Source: Macrostomum lignano
Lineage: Eukaryota
Assembly: GCA_002269645.1 (NCBI GenBank)
Contig: NIVC01002449.1
Coordinates: 1-64,000 of the forward strand
Length of the DNA stretch: 64,000 bases
Direction of reading: 5' to 3'
Every line of letters begins with the position of its first letter. Positions within the stretch are counted from its first letter, which is position 1. The notes beneath the pieces are model-generated. The model did not search any database. It had not been told where the DNA came from and saw nothing but the letters and a program-made list of their open reading frames with translations. Position numbers and translations under genes: made by a program. Below, piece after piece: positions 1-13,216 of the stretch.

Positions 1-3000
1 AGACATCCTTCATGGTCGGCTCCGTTCGAGCGAAACAGGATGTGGAGGACATGGGCGTCTGTGAGATGCTGCAGACATCAGTCGGGTCGGTACGCTACAA
101 GGAAGAGCTTGAAGTAAGAGAGTGCGCATCCTTCCTCGAGACTTCGTCATGGTCGGCTCCGTTCGAGCGAAACAGAGTATGAGGACATGGGCGTCTGTGA
201 GATGCTGCAGACATCGGGTCGACATACGCTACAAGAAGAGCTTGAAGTGAAGAATGCGCATTCGTTCCTTGAGACATCCTTCATGGTCGCTCCGTTCGAG
301 CGAAACAGGATGTGAGGACATGGGCGTCTGTGAGATGCTGCAGACATCAGTCGGGTCGGTACGCTACAAGGAAGAGCTTGAAGTAAGAGAGTGCGCATCC
401 TTCCGAGACTTCGCATGGTCGGCTCCGTTCGAGCGAAACAAGATGTAGGACGGCATGGGCGTCTGTGAGATGCTGCAGACATCGACTCGACAATGCGCTA
501 CAAAGAAGAGCTAGAAGTGAGAGAATGCGCTTCGTTCCTTGAGAGCATCTTCATGGTCGGCTCCGTTGGAGCGAAACAGGATGTGGAGGACATGGGCGTC
601 TGTGAGATGCTGCAGACATCAGTCGGGTCGTACGCTACAAGGAAGAGCTTGAAGTAAGAGAGTGCGCATCCTTCCTCGAGACTTCAGTCGTGGTCGGCTC
701 CGTTCGAGCGAAACAGGATGTGGAGGACATGGGCGTCTGTGAGATGCTGCAGACATCAGTCGACTCGACAATGCGCTACAAGAAGAGCTAGAAGTGAGAG
801 AATGCGCTTCGTTCCTTGAGACATTCCTTCATGGTCGGCCGTTCGAGCGAAACAGAAGTGAGGACATGGGCGTCTGTGAGATGCTGCAGACATCAGTCGC
901 GGTCGGTACGCTACAAGAAGAGCTTGAAGTAAGAGAGTGCGCTCGTTCCTCGAGACATCGTCATGGTCGGCTCCGTTCGAGCGAAACAGGATGTGGAGGA
1001 CATGGGCGTCTGTGAGATGCTGCAGACATCGACTCGACAATGCGCTACAAGAAGAGCTAGAAGTGAAGAGAATGCGCTTCGTTCCTTGAGACATCCTTCA
1101 TGGTCGGCTCCGTTCGAGCGAAACAGGATGTGGAGGCATGGGCGTCTGTGAGATGCTGCAGACATCGGTCGACAATGCGCTACAAAGAAGAGCTTGAAGT
1201 GAGAGAATGCGCTTCGTTCCTTGAGACATCCTCATGGTCGGCTCCGTTCGAGCGAAACAGGATGTGGAGGACATGGGCGTCTGTGAGATGCTGCAGACAT
1301 CAGTCGGGTCGGTACGCTACAAGGAAGAGCTTGAAGTAAGAGAGTGCGCATCCTTCCTCGAGACTTCGGTCATGGTCGGCTCCGTTCGAGCGAAACAGGA
1401 TGTGGAGGACATGGGCGTCTGTGAGATGCTGCAGACATCAGTCTCGACGCTACAAAGGAAGAGCTTGAAGTGAAGAATGCGCTCCTTCCTTGAGACATTC
1501 GTCATGGTCGGCTCCGTTCGAGCGAAACAGGATGTGGAGGACATGGGCGTCTGTGAGATGCTGCAGACATCGGACTCGACAATGCGCTACAAAGAAGAGC
1601 TAGAAGAGAGAATGCGCTTTTCCTTGAGACATCCTTCATGGTCGGCTCCGTTCGAGCGAAACAGGATGTGGAGGACATGGCGTCTGTGAGATGCTGCAGA
1701 CATCGGACTCGACAATGCGCTACAAAGAAGAGCTAGAAGTGAGAGAATGCGCTTCGTTCCTTGAGACATCCTTCATGGTCGGCTCCGTTCGAGCGAAACA
1801 GGATGTGGAGGACATGGGCGTCTGTGAGATGCTGCAGACATCGGACTCGACAATGCGCTACAAAAGAGCTAGAAGTGAAAGAATGCGCTTCGTTCCTTGA
1901 GACATCCTTCATGGTCGGCTCCGTTCGAGCGAAACAGGATGTGGAGGACATGGGCGTCTGTGAGATGCTGCAGACATCAGTCGGGTCGGTACGCTACAAG
2001 GAAGAGCTTGAAGTAAGAGAGTGCGCATCCTTCCTCGAGACTTCGGTCATGGTCGGCTCCGTTCGAAGCGAAACAGGATGTGGAGGACATGGGCGTCTGT
2101 GAGATGCTGCAGACATCAGTCGGGTCGACGCTACAAGGAAGAGCTTGAAGTAAGAATGCGCTTCCTTCCTCGAGACTTCGTCATGGTCGGCTCCGTTCGA
2201 GCGAAACAGGATGTGGAGGACATGGGCGTCTGTGAGATGCTGCAGACATCGGACTCGACAATGCGCTACAAAGAAGAGCTAAATGAGAGAATGCGCTTCG
2301 TTCCTTGAGACATCCTTCATGGTCGGCTCCGTTCGAGCGAAACAGGATGTGGAGGACATGGGCGTCTGTGAGATGCTGCAGACATCGGGTCGACAATGCG
2401 CTACAAGAAGAGCTAGAAGTGAGAGTGCGCATCGTTCCTCGAGACTTCGTCATGGTCGGCTCCGTTCGAGCGAAACAGGATGTGAGGACTGGGCGTCTGT
2501 GAGATGCTGCAGACATCAGTCGGTCGGTACGCTACAAGGAAGAGCTAGAAGTAAGAGAGTGCGCATTCCTTCCTCGAGACTTCGGTCATGGTCGGCTCCG
2601 TTCGAGCGAAACAGGATGTGGAGGACATGGGCGTCTGTGAGATGCTGCAGACATCAGTCGGGTCGGTACGCTACAAGGAAGAGCTTGAAGTAAGAGAGTG
2701 CGCATCCTTCCTCGAGACTTCGGTCATGGTCGGCTCCGTTCGAGCGAAACAGGATGTGGAGGACATGGGCGTCTGTGAGATGCTGCAGACATCGGACTCG
2801 ACAATGCGCTACAAAGAAGAGCTAGAAGTGAGAGAATGCGCTTCCTTCCTTGAGACATCCTTCATGGTCGGCTCCGTTCGAGCGAAACAGGATGTGGAGG
2901 ACATGGGCGTCTGTGAGATGCTGCAGACATCAGTCGGGTCGGTACGCTACAAGGAAGAGCTTGAAGTAAGAGAGTGCGCATCCTTCCTCGAGACTTCGGT

Positions 3001-6000
3001 CATGGTCGGCTCCGTTCGAGCGAAACAGGATGTAGAGGACATGGGCGTCTGTGAGATGCTGCAGACATCGGACTCGACAATGCGCTACAAAGAAGAGCTA
3101 GAAGTGAGAGAATGCGCTTCGTTCCTTGAGACATCCTTCATGGTCGGCTCCGTTCGAGCGAAACAGGATGTGGAGGACATGGGCGTCTGTGAGATGCTGC
3201 AGACATCAGTCGGGTCGGTACGCTACAAGGAAGAGCTTGAAGTAAGAGAGTGCGCATCCTTCCTCGAGACTTCGGTCATGGTCGGCTCCGTTCGAGCGAA
3301 ACAGGATGTGGAGGACATGGGCGTCTGTGAGATGCTGCAGACATCAGTCGGTCGGTACGCTACAAGGAAGAGCTTGAAGTAGAGAGTGCGCATCCTTCCT
3401 CGAGACTTCGGTCATGGTCGGCTCCGTTCGAGCGAAACAAGAAGTAGGGCATGGGCGTCTGTGAGATGCTGCAGACATCAGGACTCGACAATGCTACAAA
3501 GAAGAGCTAGAAGTGAGAGTGCGCTTCGTTCCTTGAGACATCCTTCATGGTCGGCTCCGTTCGAGCGAAACAGGATGTGGAGGACATGGGCGTCTGTGAG
3601 ATGCTGCAGACATCAGTCGGGTCGGTACGCTACAAGGAAGAGCTTGAAGTAAGAGAGTGCGCATCCTTCCTCGAGACTTCGGTCATGGTCGGCTCCGTTC
3701 GAGCGAAACAAGAAGTAGACGGCATGGGCGTCTGTGAGATGCTGCAGACATCGGACTCGACAATGCGCTACAAAGAAGAGCTAGAAGTGAGAGAATGCGC
3801 TTCGTTCCTTGAGACATCCTTCATGGTCGGCTCCGTTCGAGCGAAACAGATGTGAGGACATGGGCGTCTGTGAGATGCTGCAGACATCAGTCGGTCGGTA
3901 CGCTACAAGGAAGAGCTTGAAGTGAGAGTGCGCATCCTTCCTCGAGACTCTTCATGGTCGGCTCCGTTCGAGCGAAACAGGATGTGGAGGACATGGGCGT
4001 CTGTGAGATGCTGCAGACATCAGTCGGGTCGGTACGCTACAAGGAAGAGCTTGAAGTAAGAGAGTGCGCATCCTTCCTCGAGACTTCGGTCATGGTCGGC
4101 TCCGTTCGAGCGAAACAGGATGTGGAGGACATGGGCGTCTGTGAGATGCTGCAGACATCAGTCGGGTCGGTACGCTACAAGGAAGAGCTTGAAGTAAGAG
4201 AGTGCGCATCCTTCCTCGAGACTTCGGTCATGGTCGGCTCCGTTCGAGCGAAACAGGATGTGGAGGACATGGGCGTCTGTGAGATGCTGCAGACATCGTC
4301 GGGTCGGTACGCTACAAGAAGAGCTTGAAGTGAGAGAATGCGCTCCTTGAGACTCCTTCATGGTCGGCTCCGTTCGAGCGAAACAGGATGTGGAGGACAT
4401 GGGCGTCTGTGAGATGCTGCAGACATCGGACTCGACAATGCGCTACAAGAAGAGCTAGAAGTGAAAGAATGCGCATTCGTTCCTTGAGACATCCTTCATG
4501 GTCGGCTCCGTTCGAGCGAAACAGGATGTGGAGGACATGGGCGTCTGTGAGATGCTGCAGACATCGACTCGACAATGCGCTACAAAGAAGAGCTAGAAGT
4601 GAGAGAATGCGCTTCGTTCCTTGAGACATCCTTCATGGTCGGCTCCGTTCGAGCGAAACAGGATGTGGAGGACATGGGCGTCTGTGAGATGCTGCAGACA
4701 TCGGACTCGACAATGCGCTACAAGAAGAGCTTGAAGTAAGAATGCGCATCGTTCCTCGAGACTCCTCATGGTCGGCTCCGTTCGAGCGAAACAGGATGTG
4801 GAGGACATGGGCGTCTGTGAGATGCTGCAGACATCAGTCGGGTCGGTACGCTACAAGGAAGAGCTTGAAGTAAGAGAGTGCGCATCCTTCCTCGAGACTT
4901 CGGTCATGGTCGCTCCGTTCGAGCGAAACAAGGATGTGGAGGACATGGGCGTCTGTGAGATGCTGCAGACATCAGTCTCGACGCTACAAGAAGAGCTTGA
5001 AGTAAGAGAGTGCGCATCCTTCCTCGAGACATCGTTCATGGTCGGCTCCGTTCGAGCGAAACAGGATGTGGAGGACTGATGGGCGTCTGTGAGATGCTGC
5101 AGACATCGGACTCGACAATGCGCTACAAGAAGAGCTAGAAGTGAGAGAATGCGCTTCGTTCCTTGAGACATCCTTCATGGTCTCCGTTCGAGCGAAACAG
5201 GATGTGGAGGACATGGGCGTCTGTGAGATGCTGCAGACATCAGTCGGGTCGGTACGCTACAAGGAAGAGCTTGAAGTAAGAGAGTGCGCTCGTTCCTCGA
5301 GACTTCTCATGGTCGGCTCCGTTCGAGCGAAACAGGATGTGGAGGACATGGGCGTCTGTGAGATGCTGCAGACATCGGACTCGACAATGCGCTACAAAGA
5401 AGAGCTAGAAGTGAGAGAATGCGCTTCGTTCCTTGAGACATCCTTCATGGTCGGCTCCGTTCGAGCGAAACAGGATGTGGAGGACATGGGCGTCTGTGAG
5501 ATGCTGCAGACATCGGACTCGACAATGCGCTACAAGAAGAGCTAGAAGTGAAGAGAATGCGCTCGTTCCTTAGACATCCTCATGGTCGGCTCCGTTCGAG
5601 CGAAACAGGATGTGGAGGACATGGGCGTCTGTGAGATGCTGCAGACATCAGTCGGGTCGGTACGCTACAAGAAAAGCTTGAAGTAAGAGAGTGCGCATCC
5701 TTCCTCGAGACTTCGGTCATGGTCGGCTCCGTTCGAGCGAAACAGGATGTGGAGGACATGGGCGTCTGTGAGATGCTGCAGACATCAGTCGACGGTACGC
5801 TACAAGGAAGAGCTTGAAGTGAGAGTGCGCTCGTTCCTTGAGACTCCTTCATGGTCGGCTCCGTTCGAGCGAAACAGGATGTGGAGGACATGGGCGTCTG
5901 TGAGATGCTGCAGACATCACTCGGGTCGGTGCTACAAGAAGAGCTTGAAGTAGAGAATGCGCATGTTCCTTGAGACTCAGTCATGGTCGGCTCCGTTCGA

Positions 6001-9000
6001 GCGAAACAGGATGTGGAGGACATGGGCGTCTGTGAGATGCTGCAGACATCGGTCGGTACGCGCTACAAGAAGAGCTAGAAGAAGTGAGAGTGCGCATCCT
6101 TCCTCGAGACTCTTCATGGTCGGCTCCGTTCGAGCGAAACAGGATGTGGAGGACATGGGCGTCTGTGAGATGCTGCAGACATCAGTCGGGTCGGTACGCT
6201 ACAAGGAAGAGCTAGAAGTAGAGAGTGCGCTCCTTCCTCGAGACTTCGGTCATGGTCGGCTCCGTTCGAGCGAACCAGATGTGGAGGACATGGGCGTCTG
6301 TGAGATGCTGCAGACATCAGTCGGGTCGGTACGCTACAAGGAAGAGCTTGAAGTAAGAGAGTGCGCATCCTTCCTCGAGACTTCGGTCATGGTCGGCTCC
6401 GTTCGAGCGAAACAGATGTAGACGGCATGGGCGTCTGTGAGATGCTGCAGACATCAGTCGGTCGGTACGCTACAAGGAAGAGCTTGAAGTAAGAGAGTGC
6501 GCATCCTTCCTCGAGACTTCGTCATGGTCGGCTCCGTTCGAGCGAAACAGGATGTGGAGGACATGGGCGTCTGTGAGATGCTGCAGACATCGGACTCGAC
6601 AATGCGCTACAAAAGAGCTAGAAGTGAGAGAATGCGCTTCGTTCCTTGAGACATCCTTCATGGTCGGCTCCGTTCGAGCGAAACAGGATGTGGAGGACAT
6701 GGGCGTCTGTGAGATGCTGCAGACATCAGTCGGTCGGTACGCTACAAGGAAGAGCTTGAAGTAGAGAGTGCGCATCCTTCCTCGAGACTTCGTCATGGTC
6801 GGCTCCGTTCGAGCGAAACAGGATGTGGAGACATGGGCGTCTGTGAGATGCTGCAGACATCGGACTCGACAATGCGCTACAAGAAGAGCTAGAAGTGAGA
6901 GAATGCGCTCGTTCCTTGAGACTCCTTCATGGTCGGCTCCGTTCGAGCGAAACAGGATGTGGGGACATGGGCGTCTGTGAGATGCTGCAGACATCAGTCG
7001 GGTCGGTACGCTACAAGGAAGAGCTTGAAGTAAGAGAGTGCGCATCCTTCCTCGAGACTTCGGTCATGGTCGGCTCCGTTCGAGCGAAACAGGATGTGGA
7101 GGACATGGGCGTCTGTGAGATGCTGCAGACATCAGTCGGGTCGGTACGCTACAAGGAAGAGCTTGAAGTAAGAGAGTGCGCATCCTTCCTCGAGACTTCG
7201 GTCATGGTCGGCTCCGTTCGAGCGAAACAGGATGTGGAGGCATGGGCGTCTGTGAGATGCTGCAGACATCGGACTCGACAATGCGCTACAAAGAAGAGCT
7301 AGAAGTGAGAGAATGCGCTTCGTTCCTTGAGACATCCTTCATGGTCGGCTCCGTTCGAGCGAAACAGGATGTGGAGGACATGGGCGTCTGTGAGATGCTG
7401 CAGACATCGGACTCGACAATGCGCAAGAAAGAGCTAGAAGTGAGAGAATGCGCTTCGTTCCTTGAGACATCCTTCATGGTCGGCTCCGTTCGAGCGAAAC
7501 AGGATGTGGGGACATGGGCGTCTGTGAGATGCTGCAGACATCGGACTCGACAATGCGCTACAAAGAAGAGCTAGAAGTGAAGAATGCGCTCGTTCCTTGA
7601 GACATCCTTCATGGTCGGCTCCGTTCGAGCGAAACAGGATGTGGAGGACATGGGCGTCTGTGAGATGCTGCAGACATCAGTCGGGTCGGTACGCTACAAG
7701 GAAGAGCTTGAAGTAAGAGAGTGCGCATCCTTCCTCGAGACTTCGGTCATGGTCGGCTCCGTTCGAGCGAAACAGATGTGAGGCATGGGCGTCTGTGAGA
7801 TGCTGCAGACATCAGTCGGGTCGTACGCTACAAAGAAGAGCTGAAGTAGAGAGTGCGCTCGTTCCTTGAGACATCCGTCATGGTCGGCTCCGTTCGAGCG
7901 AAACAGGATGTGGAGGACATGGGCGTCTGTGAGATGCTGCAGACATCAGTCGGTCGACAATGGCTACAAGAAGAGCTTGAAGTGAGAGTGCGCATCGTTC
8001 CTTGAGACTCTTCATGGTCGGCTCCGTTCGAGCGAAACAGGATGTGGAGGACATGGGCGTCTGTGAGATGCTGCAGACATCAGTCGGGTCGACGCTACAA
8101 AGAAGAGCTAGAAGTGAGAGAATGCGCTCGTTCCTTGAGACTTCCTCATGGTCGGCTCCGTTCGAGCGAAACAGGATGTGGAGGACATGGGCGTCTGTGA
8201 GATGCTGCAGACATCAGTCTCGACAGTACGCTACAAGAAGAGCTAGAAGTGAGAGAATGCGCTCGTTCCTCGAGATCCTTCATGGTCGGCTCCGTTCGAG
8301 CGAAACAGGATGTGGAGGACATGGGCGTCTGTGAGATGCTGCAGACATCAGTCGGTCGGTACGCTACAAGGAAGAGCTTGAAGTAAGAGAGTGCGCATCC
8401 TTCCTCGAGACTTCGGTCATGGTCGGCTCCGTTCGAGCGAAACAGGATGTGGAGGACATGGGCGTCTGTGAGATGCTGCAGACATCAGTCGGGTCGGTAC
8501 GCTACAAGGAAGAGCTTGAAGTAAGAGAGTGCGCATCCTTCCTCGAGACTTCGGTCATGGTCGGCTCCGTTCGAGCGAAACAGGATGTGAGGCATGGGCG
8601 TCTGTGAGATGCTGCAGACATCAGTCGGTCGACGCTACAAGGAAGAGCTTGAAGTAAGAGAGTGCGCATCCTTCCTCGAGACTTCGTCATGGTCGGCTCC
8701 GTTCGAGCGAAACAGGATGTGGAGGACATGGGCGTCTGTGAGATGCTGCAGACATCGGACTCGACAATGCGCTACAAAGAAGAGCTAGAAGTGAGAGAAT
8801 GCGCTTCGTTCCTTGAGACATCCTTCATGGTCGGCTCCGTTCGAGCGAAACAGGATGTGGAGGACATGGGCGTCTGTGAGATGCTGCAGACATCAGTCGG
8901 GTCGGTACGCTACAAGGAAGAGCTTGAAGTAAGAGAGTGCGCATCCTTCCTCGAGACTTCGGTCATGGTCGGCTCCGTTCGAGCGAAACAGGATGTGGAG

Positions 9001-9910
9001 GACATGGGCGTCTGTGAGATGCTGCAGACATCAGTCGGGTCGGTACGCTACAAGGAAGAGCTTGAAGTAAGAGAGTGCGCATCCTTCCTCGAGACTTCAC
9101 ATGGTCGGCTCCGTTCGAGCGAAACAGGATGTGGAGGACATGGGCGTCTGTGAGATGCTGCAGACATCGTCGACAATGCGCTACAAAGAAGAGCTAGAAG
9201 TGAGAGAATGCGCTTCGTTCCTTGAGACATCCTTCATGGTCGGCTCCGTTCGAGCGAAACAGGATGTGGAGGACATGGGCGTCTGTGAGATGCTGCAGAC
9301 ATCAGTCGGTCGGTACGCTACAAGGAAGAGCTTGAAGTAAGAGAGTGCGCATCCTTCCTCGAGACTTCGTCATGGTCGGCTCCGTTCGAGCGAAACAGGA
9401 TGTGGAGGACATGGGCGTCTGTGAGATGCTGCAGACATCGGACTCGACAATGCGCTACAAAGAAGAGCTAGAAGTGAGAGAATGCGCTTCGTTCCTTGAG
9501 ACATCCTTCATGGTCGGCTCCGTTCGAGCGAAACAGGATGTGGAGACATGGGCGTCTGTGAGATGCTGCAGACATCAGTCGGTCGGTACGCTACAAGGAA
9601 GAGCTTGAAGTAAGAGAGTGCGCATCCTTCCTCGAGACATCCTTCATGGTCGGCTCCGTTCGAGCGAAACAGGATGTGGAGGACATGGGCGTCTGTGAGA
9701 TGCTGCAGACATCAGTCGGGTCGGTACGCTACAAGGAAGCTTGAAGTAAGAGAGTGCGCATCCTTCCTCGAGACTTCGTCATGGTCGGCTCCGTTCGAGC
9801 GAAACAGGATGTGGAGGACATGGGCGTCTGTGAGATGCTGCAGACATCGGACTCGACAATGCGCTACAAAGAAGATCTAGAAGTTAGAGAGTGTGTCAGC
9901 TTTCTTGAAC
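1..9910. repeat. 138-bp tandem array with two interspersed variants (A/B), ~72 copies, truncated by the window start
   Basis: The motif catggtcggctccgttcgagcgaaacaggatgtggaggacatgggcgtctgtgagatgctgcagacatc recurs every ~136-138 bp (e.g. ATG at 2588 and 2726). Confidence 0.98.
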
Positions 9911-10137
9911 GTCCTTTTGTTCAGAGTGAACTTTTGGTTCATCCTATTTCTTCAAGCGTTGGTGTTCAGTGCAACCAGCCGATTGGTTCTACGTCCGTTT
10001 GTTTTGAGGTTTCGACATCGACTGGGTTTATTTCGACTTTCGCAACATTTGCCGATGCGTCGGCTCAAGTTTTTCAAGAAGTCCGTGGAACTGGTCTTCT
10101 TATTGAAGAGAAAATTTTCGTGACTCCTTTCGATTAA
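1..10137 (+). CDS. 3' part of a giant tandem-repeat protein: ~72 x 46-aa repeats (MVGSVRAKQDVEDMGVCEMLQTS[VGSV/DSTM]RYKEELEVRECASFLETS[V/F]) running into a unique ~80-aa C-terminus; 5' end lies outside the window; many indels, probably assembly errors
   Basis: Unit is 138 bp = 46 codons with no stop in this + frame (intact run 2588-3382). Variants A and B differ at 15 codons, 10 of them synonymous. The frame continues through a diverged last copy (RYKEDLEVRECVSFLE) into unique sequence to TAA at 10135-10137, followed by AT-rich UTR-like DNA with AATAAA at ~10463. Confidence 0.75.
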
Positions 10138-10704
10138 TTTTTTTAATTTGATACAAAATGGATAAAATTTTATGATTTTTCTAAGTAGCAAGAAACTTTC
10201 GCCAGTTTTAATCTCCTCAACGTTTTTGTGCTTTTTTAGCTTCAGAAACGTTGAAATATTTATTAGTTTTGTGTTTTAGGTAGCTAAGAAGTAGATGGGC
10301 CCCTGCTTTTGCTATATTGCAATTGGGGATCTTTTTAGTTGTATTTAACTAAACTTGGTGCAGCGAAATTCGAGTTATTGGCTGTCAGCTGTAAATTTTA
10401 TGCAGCTTTTTAAAATCTTACAAATTAAGGTAGCATGAAGTGAGCAGGTTAATGCTTAATGGAATAAAATCACAGTACCATTAAGGTAGTCTAACTTATA
10501 TATACTTTTTATTGCATACGTGGTGCAAGCCAGTGAGTTGTGGCCTGTCTATTGTTTTAATATCGGTCCAAATTACCCGTACAATATAAAGTTGCTTTTT
10601 TCGTTTCAACGAGTACCCTATTTTCTTGTGGTCATGAATATCTTTTAAACATTGAAATCAAACATTCATGGATTATGCAGGTATTTAAAAATAATTTTGT
10701 TGAT

Positions 10705-11025
10705 CAGTGGCGGATCCAGGAATTCTGTTTGGGAAGTGGCGGACTGTCAGGGGGCGCCAATGACAATCACAAATGGGGGCGCCAGGGGGCCAATGTTGCG
10801 CCAGTGGAGCTAGGTTTAGTTTATTACCCTTTGCTGTCTTAGTTGGGAGGGGCACTAAAAATCTTCATATGGGGTGGGCCAGTATCAGGGTGGGGGTCGC
10901 GCAGCAGATGTCAGTCTTTAGCACCTGGATGAATCCTTTCCGTAAGGTCGGTGTGCATTGGCGTCAGTGGGGGCGCCATAAACCCATGACCGAAATTTTC
11001 CCCCCGCCCCCTAAATCCGCCCTTG
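10705..11025. mobile_element. hAT-type MITE (~320 bp)
   Basis: Imperfect 15-bp TIRs cagtggcggatccag / ctaaatccgcccttg. Flanking 8-mers ttgttgat (10697-10704) and ttgttgct (11026-11033) match 7/8, consistent with an 8-bp TSD. GC-rich interior in AT-rich DNA. Confidence 0.65.
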
Positions 11026-13216
11026 TTGTTGCTTAACATTATTTTTACTAAATAACACAATTCAATGTGAAAGTGAAACTGATTACAGTATAGTGACTAA
11101 CATTAGATTTATCTTTTGTTTATTTGAACAATAATATATGTTACGTTTTACTGTGACGCATGCAGTAGTGCATCATTCGATTTTTTCAATTTTGCTCGTG
11201 GTAGTTATTACATTACTGTTATTACAGTAAAATTATTATGTTTGATATCCAGTTTTTAGTTTTTTCAATTTACTTCCTAATATATTTATTTAAAGTTAGT
11301 TTAAAAACAGTGCTGAGCTGGCCTTGGATTTTTTTTGCTATAAAACGGTCTCTTTGGGTGAAGATATTGCTCTTTGCTAGAGACATTGCTGCAAAATACT
11401 ATGTGCTTCAGAATAGAGTCATACAAGTACATGTACGTCATTTTAAGTAGTTTTTCTATCATTCATAAAATAAATAGTAAATTCGTATCATTAGATAATC
11501 ATATACGATGCTCTATCATTCGTTGAAACTTACTCTACATTTGCTTAAGTCTTTAACATTGTAAAATGGTTTGGTTTTACGTTACCCTACGTGCGTACTT
11601 GTACCAGTAAGATAGCTTGTATATACGCGTATACACGTGTTCTATATTGCTACATCTACATGTGTGATAGCTATGATGCACGGACGCGTGGCGACAATGA
11701 TGCAATTCGATATTACTATATAGTAAACAATGATAAATTATTATTATTACACTTAAATTATTATTATAATAGTAACGCGCGACGTAACTATCACCCACAC
11801 CTGCGCCTCAAGTCACCTGCACGCTTCTGCTATCGCCCCGCGCAGCTGCCACTTCGGCCGAGGCCCGCAAATCAGCCAAGTACACCGACCTGGGCGACCA
11901 CGATGACTTCCACCCGGTCGGTGTGAAAATGCTGCAGTTGCCTTCGGCCCCCATGCCCTGAAGCTATACATGTAGTTGTCGCCCTTGCGGCCTGCATCCG
12001 CGCTAATTCTGGGGAGCGGGGATCCGGGTGCGCATCTTCCGCCGACTCGGGGCAGTTGTTCCCAGGCTAGAAACGCCCCGCACCATTTTCGCCTCCCACG
12101 CCCACGCCACACTCACGTCTACGGGAGGCCCGCTGCTGAGTTTTGTTTCTTGCTTTTTACATCCTATGGGTAATTTTTTAACTACTTTGATGCTTAGCTC
12201 ATTTCGAGTCACAAATTGTTATTATTGTTATTATTAATATTATCATTATTATAAATAATATCATTCATAGATTAGATGATACTGCTGCACCCCAGCCACC
12301 CGTCCCCAATCATGTACGTTGCTATTGCTATCGATTACTCAGCCCCTCTCACCCCTTCGCTTCCCAGTGTCAAAAACTCCGGCGAATCGCGCAGCGAAAT
12401 GTCCCGGGAAACTGCAGCGAATCACCGGAGAAAAAACGCCGTTTTTTTACAGCCTACTTATAGTAGCATACTATGCGCATGAAATTAATCGAATCCTTTA
12501 TAATTAGGCTGGTAGTTTACATTATAGGTTCACCGTGATAAAAAAATAGTGAAGACTATTTCATAACACAATTTAATAGAATTATTTAATTTTATAGATT
12601 ATCAGATTTTATATTTTATCAGTATTTTATTATGCTTACGAAAATATACCAGTATAAAAAATGTCAGCAAATTAATAGCAGATAGAGTGATATTGCATTT
12701 TAATATATGCGCATGCATATTGCATACTGCTATTGGATGCAGTGAGAAACACACTACGTTAAATTCAATATTTTCACAGAGCAATTGATTAGGGCAGAAA
12801 ATTTCATTTTAAACTTTGTAAAGCCAAATGTAAGCGTTATCAAACTTGTAAAAGAATAATTGTTTAGGAACGCTCTGAAAGGACTGATTGATAAGCAAGG
12901 AAGACAAGTTACAATTTGAAGAAAAACATATGCATTTATGAGTAAAGGTAATTAAGACATAAATCATATATATTGCCGCGCATGTATGAACATGTTATAT
13001 ACAATTAGCATTAGCACTAAAGATGCAAAAAATTACCACTTACACGATTGAAATAGGTTAAGGAAAGAAATTACGAAAGTAAACAGTTAATTCATGTTAC
13101 AAAAGAAGAGTAAAAGGCGCACATTGACTGATGTATACGTATGCTTTATGATACTTTTAATAAATACAGGCTTTCTCTCGGTCGCACGTTCATTACCTAC
13201 ATGGCGTCGCAAGCAG

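Noticed and set aside
10-9230. Minus-strand and alternative-frame ORFs within the 138-bp array (e.g. MSSTSCFARTEPTM.., MSAASHRRP..)
   Set aside because: These frames hit a stop in essentially every intact unit, and the variant differences are not synonymous in them.
1-9900. CRISPR array or non-coding centromeric satellite interpretation
   Set aside because: There are no unique spacers, the DNA is eukaryotic, and the codon-position bias of variant differences points to coding sequence.
1-9900. Frequent 1-2 bp indels as evidence that the repeat gene is a pseudogene
   Set aside because: The indels are scattered, non-recurrent and confined to the array, while long runs are perfect. This is the pattern expected from poorly polished long-read consensus, though it cannot be proven without raw reads.
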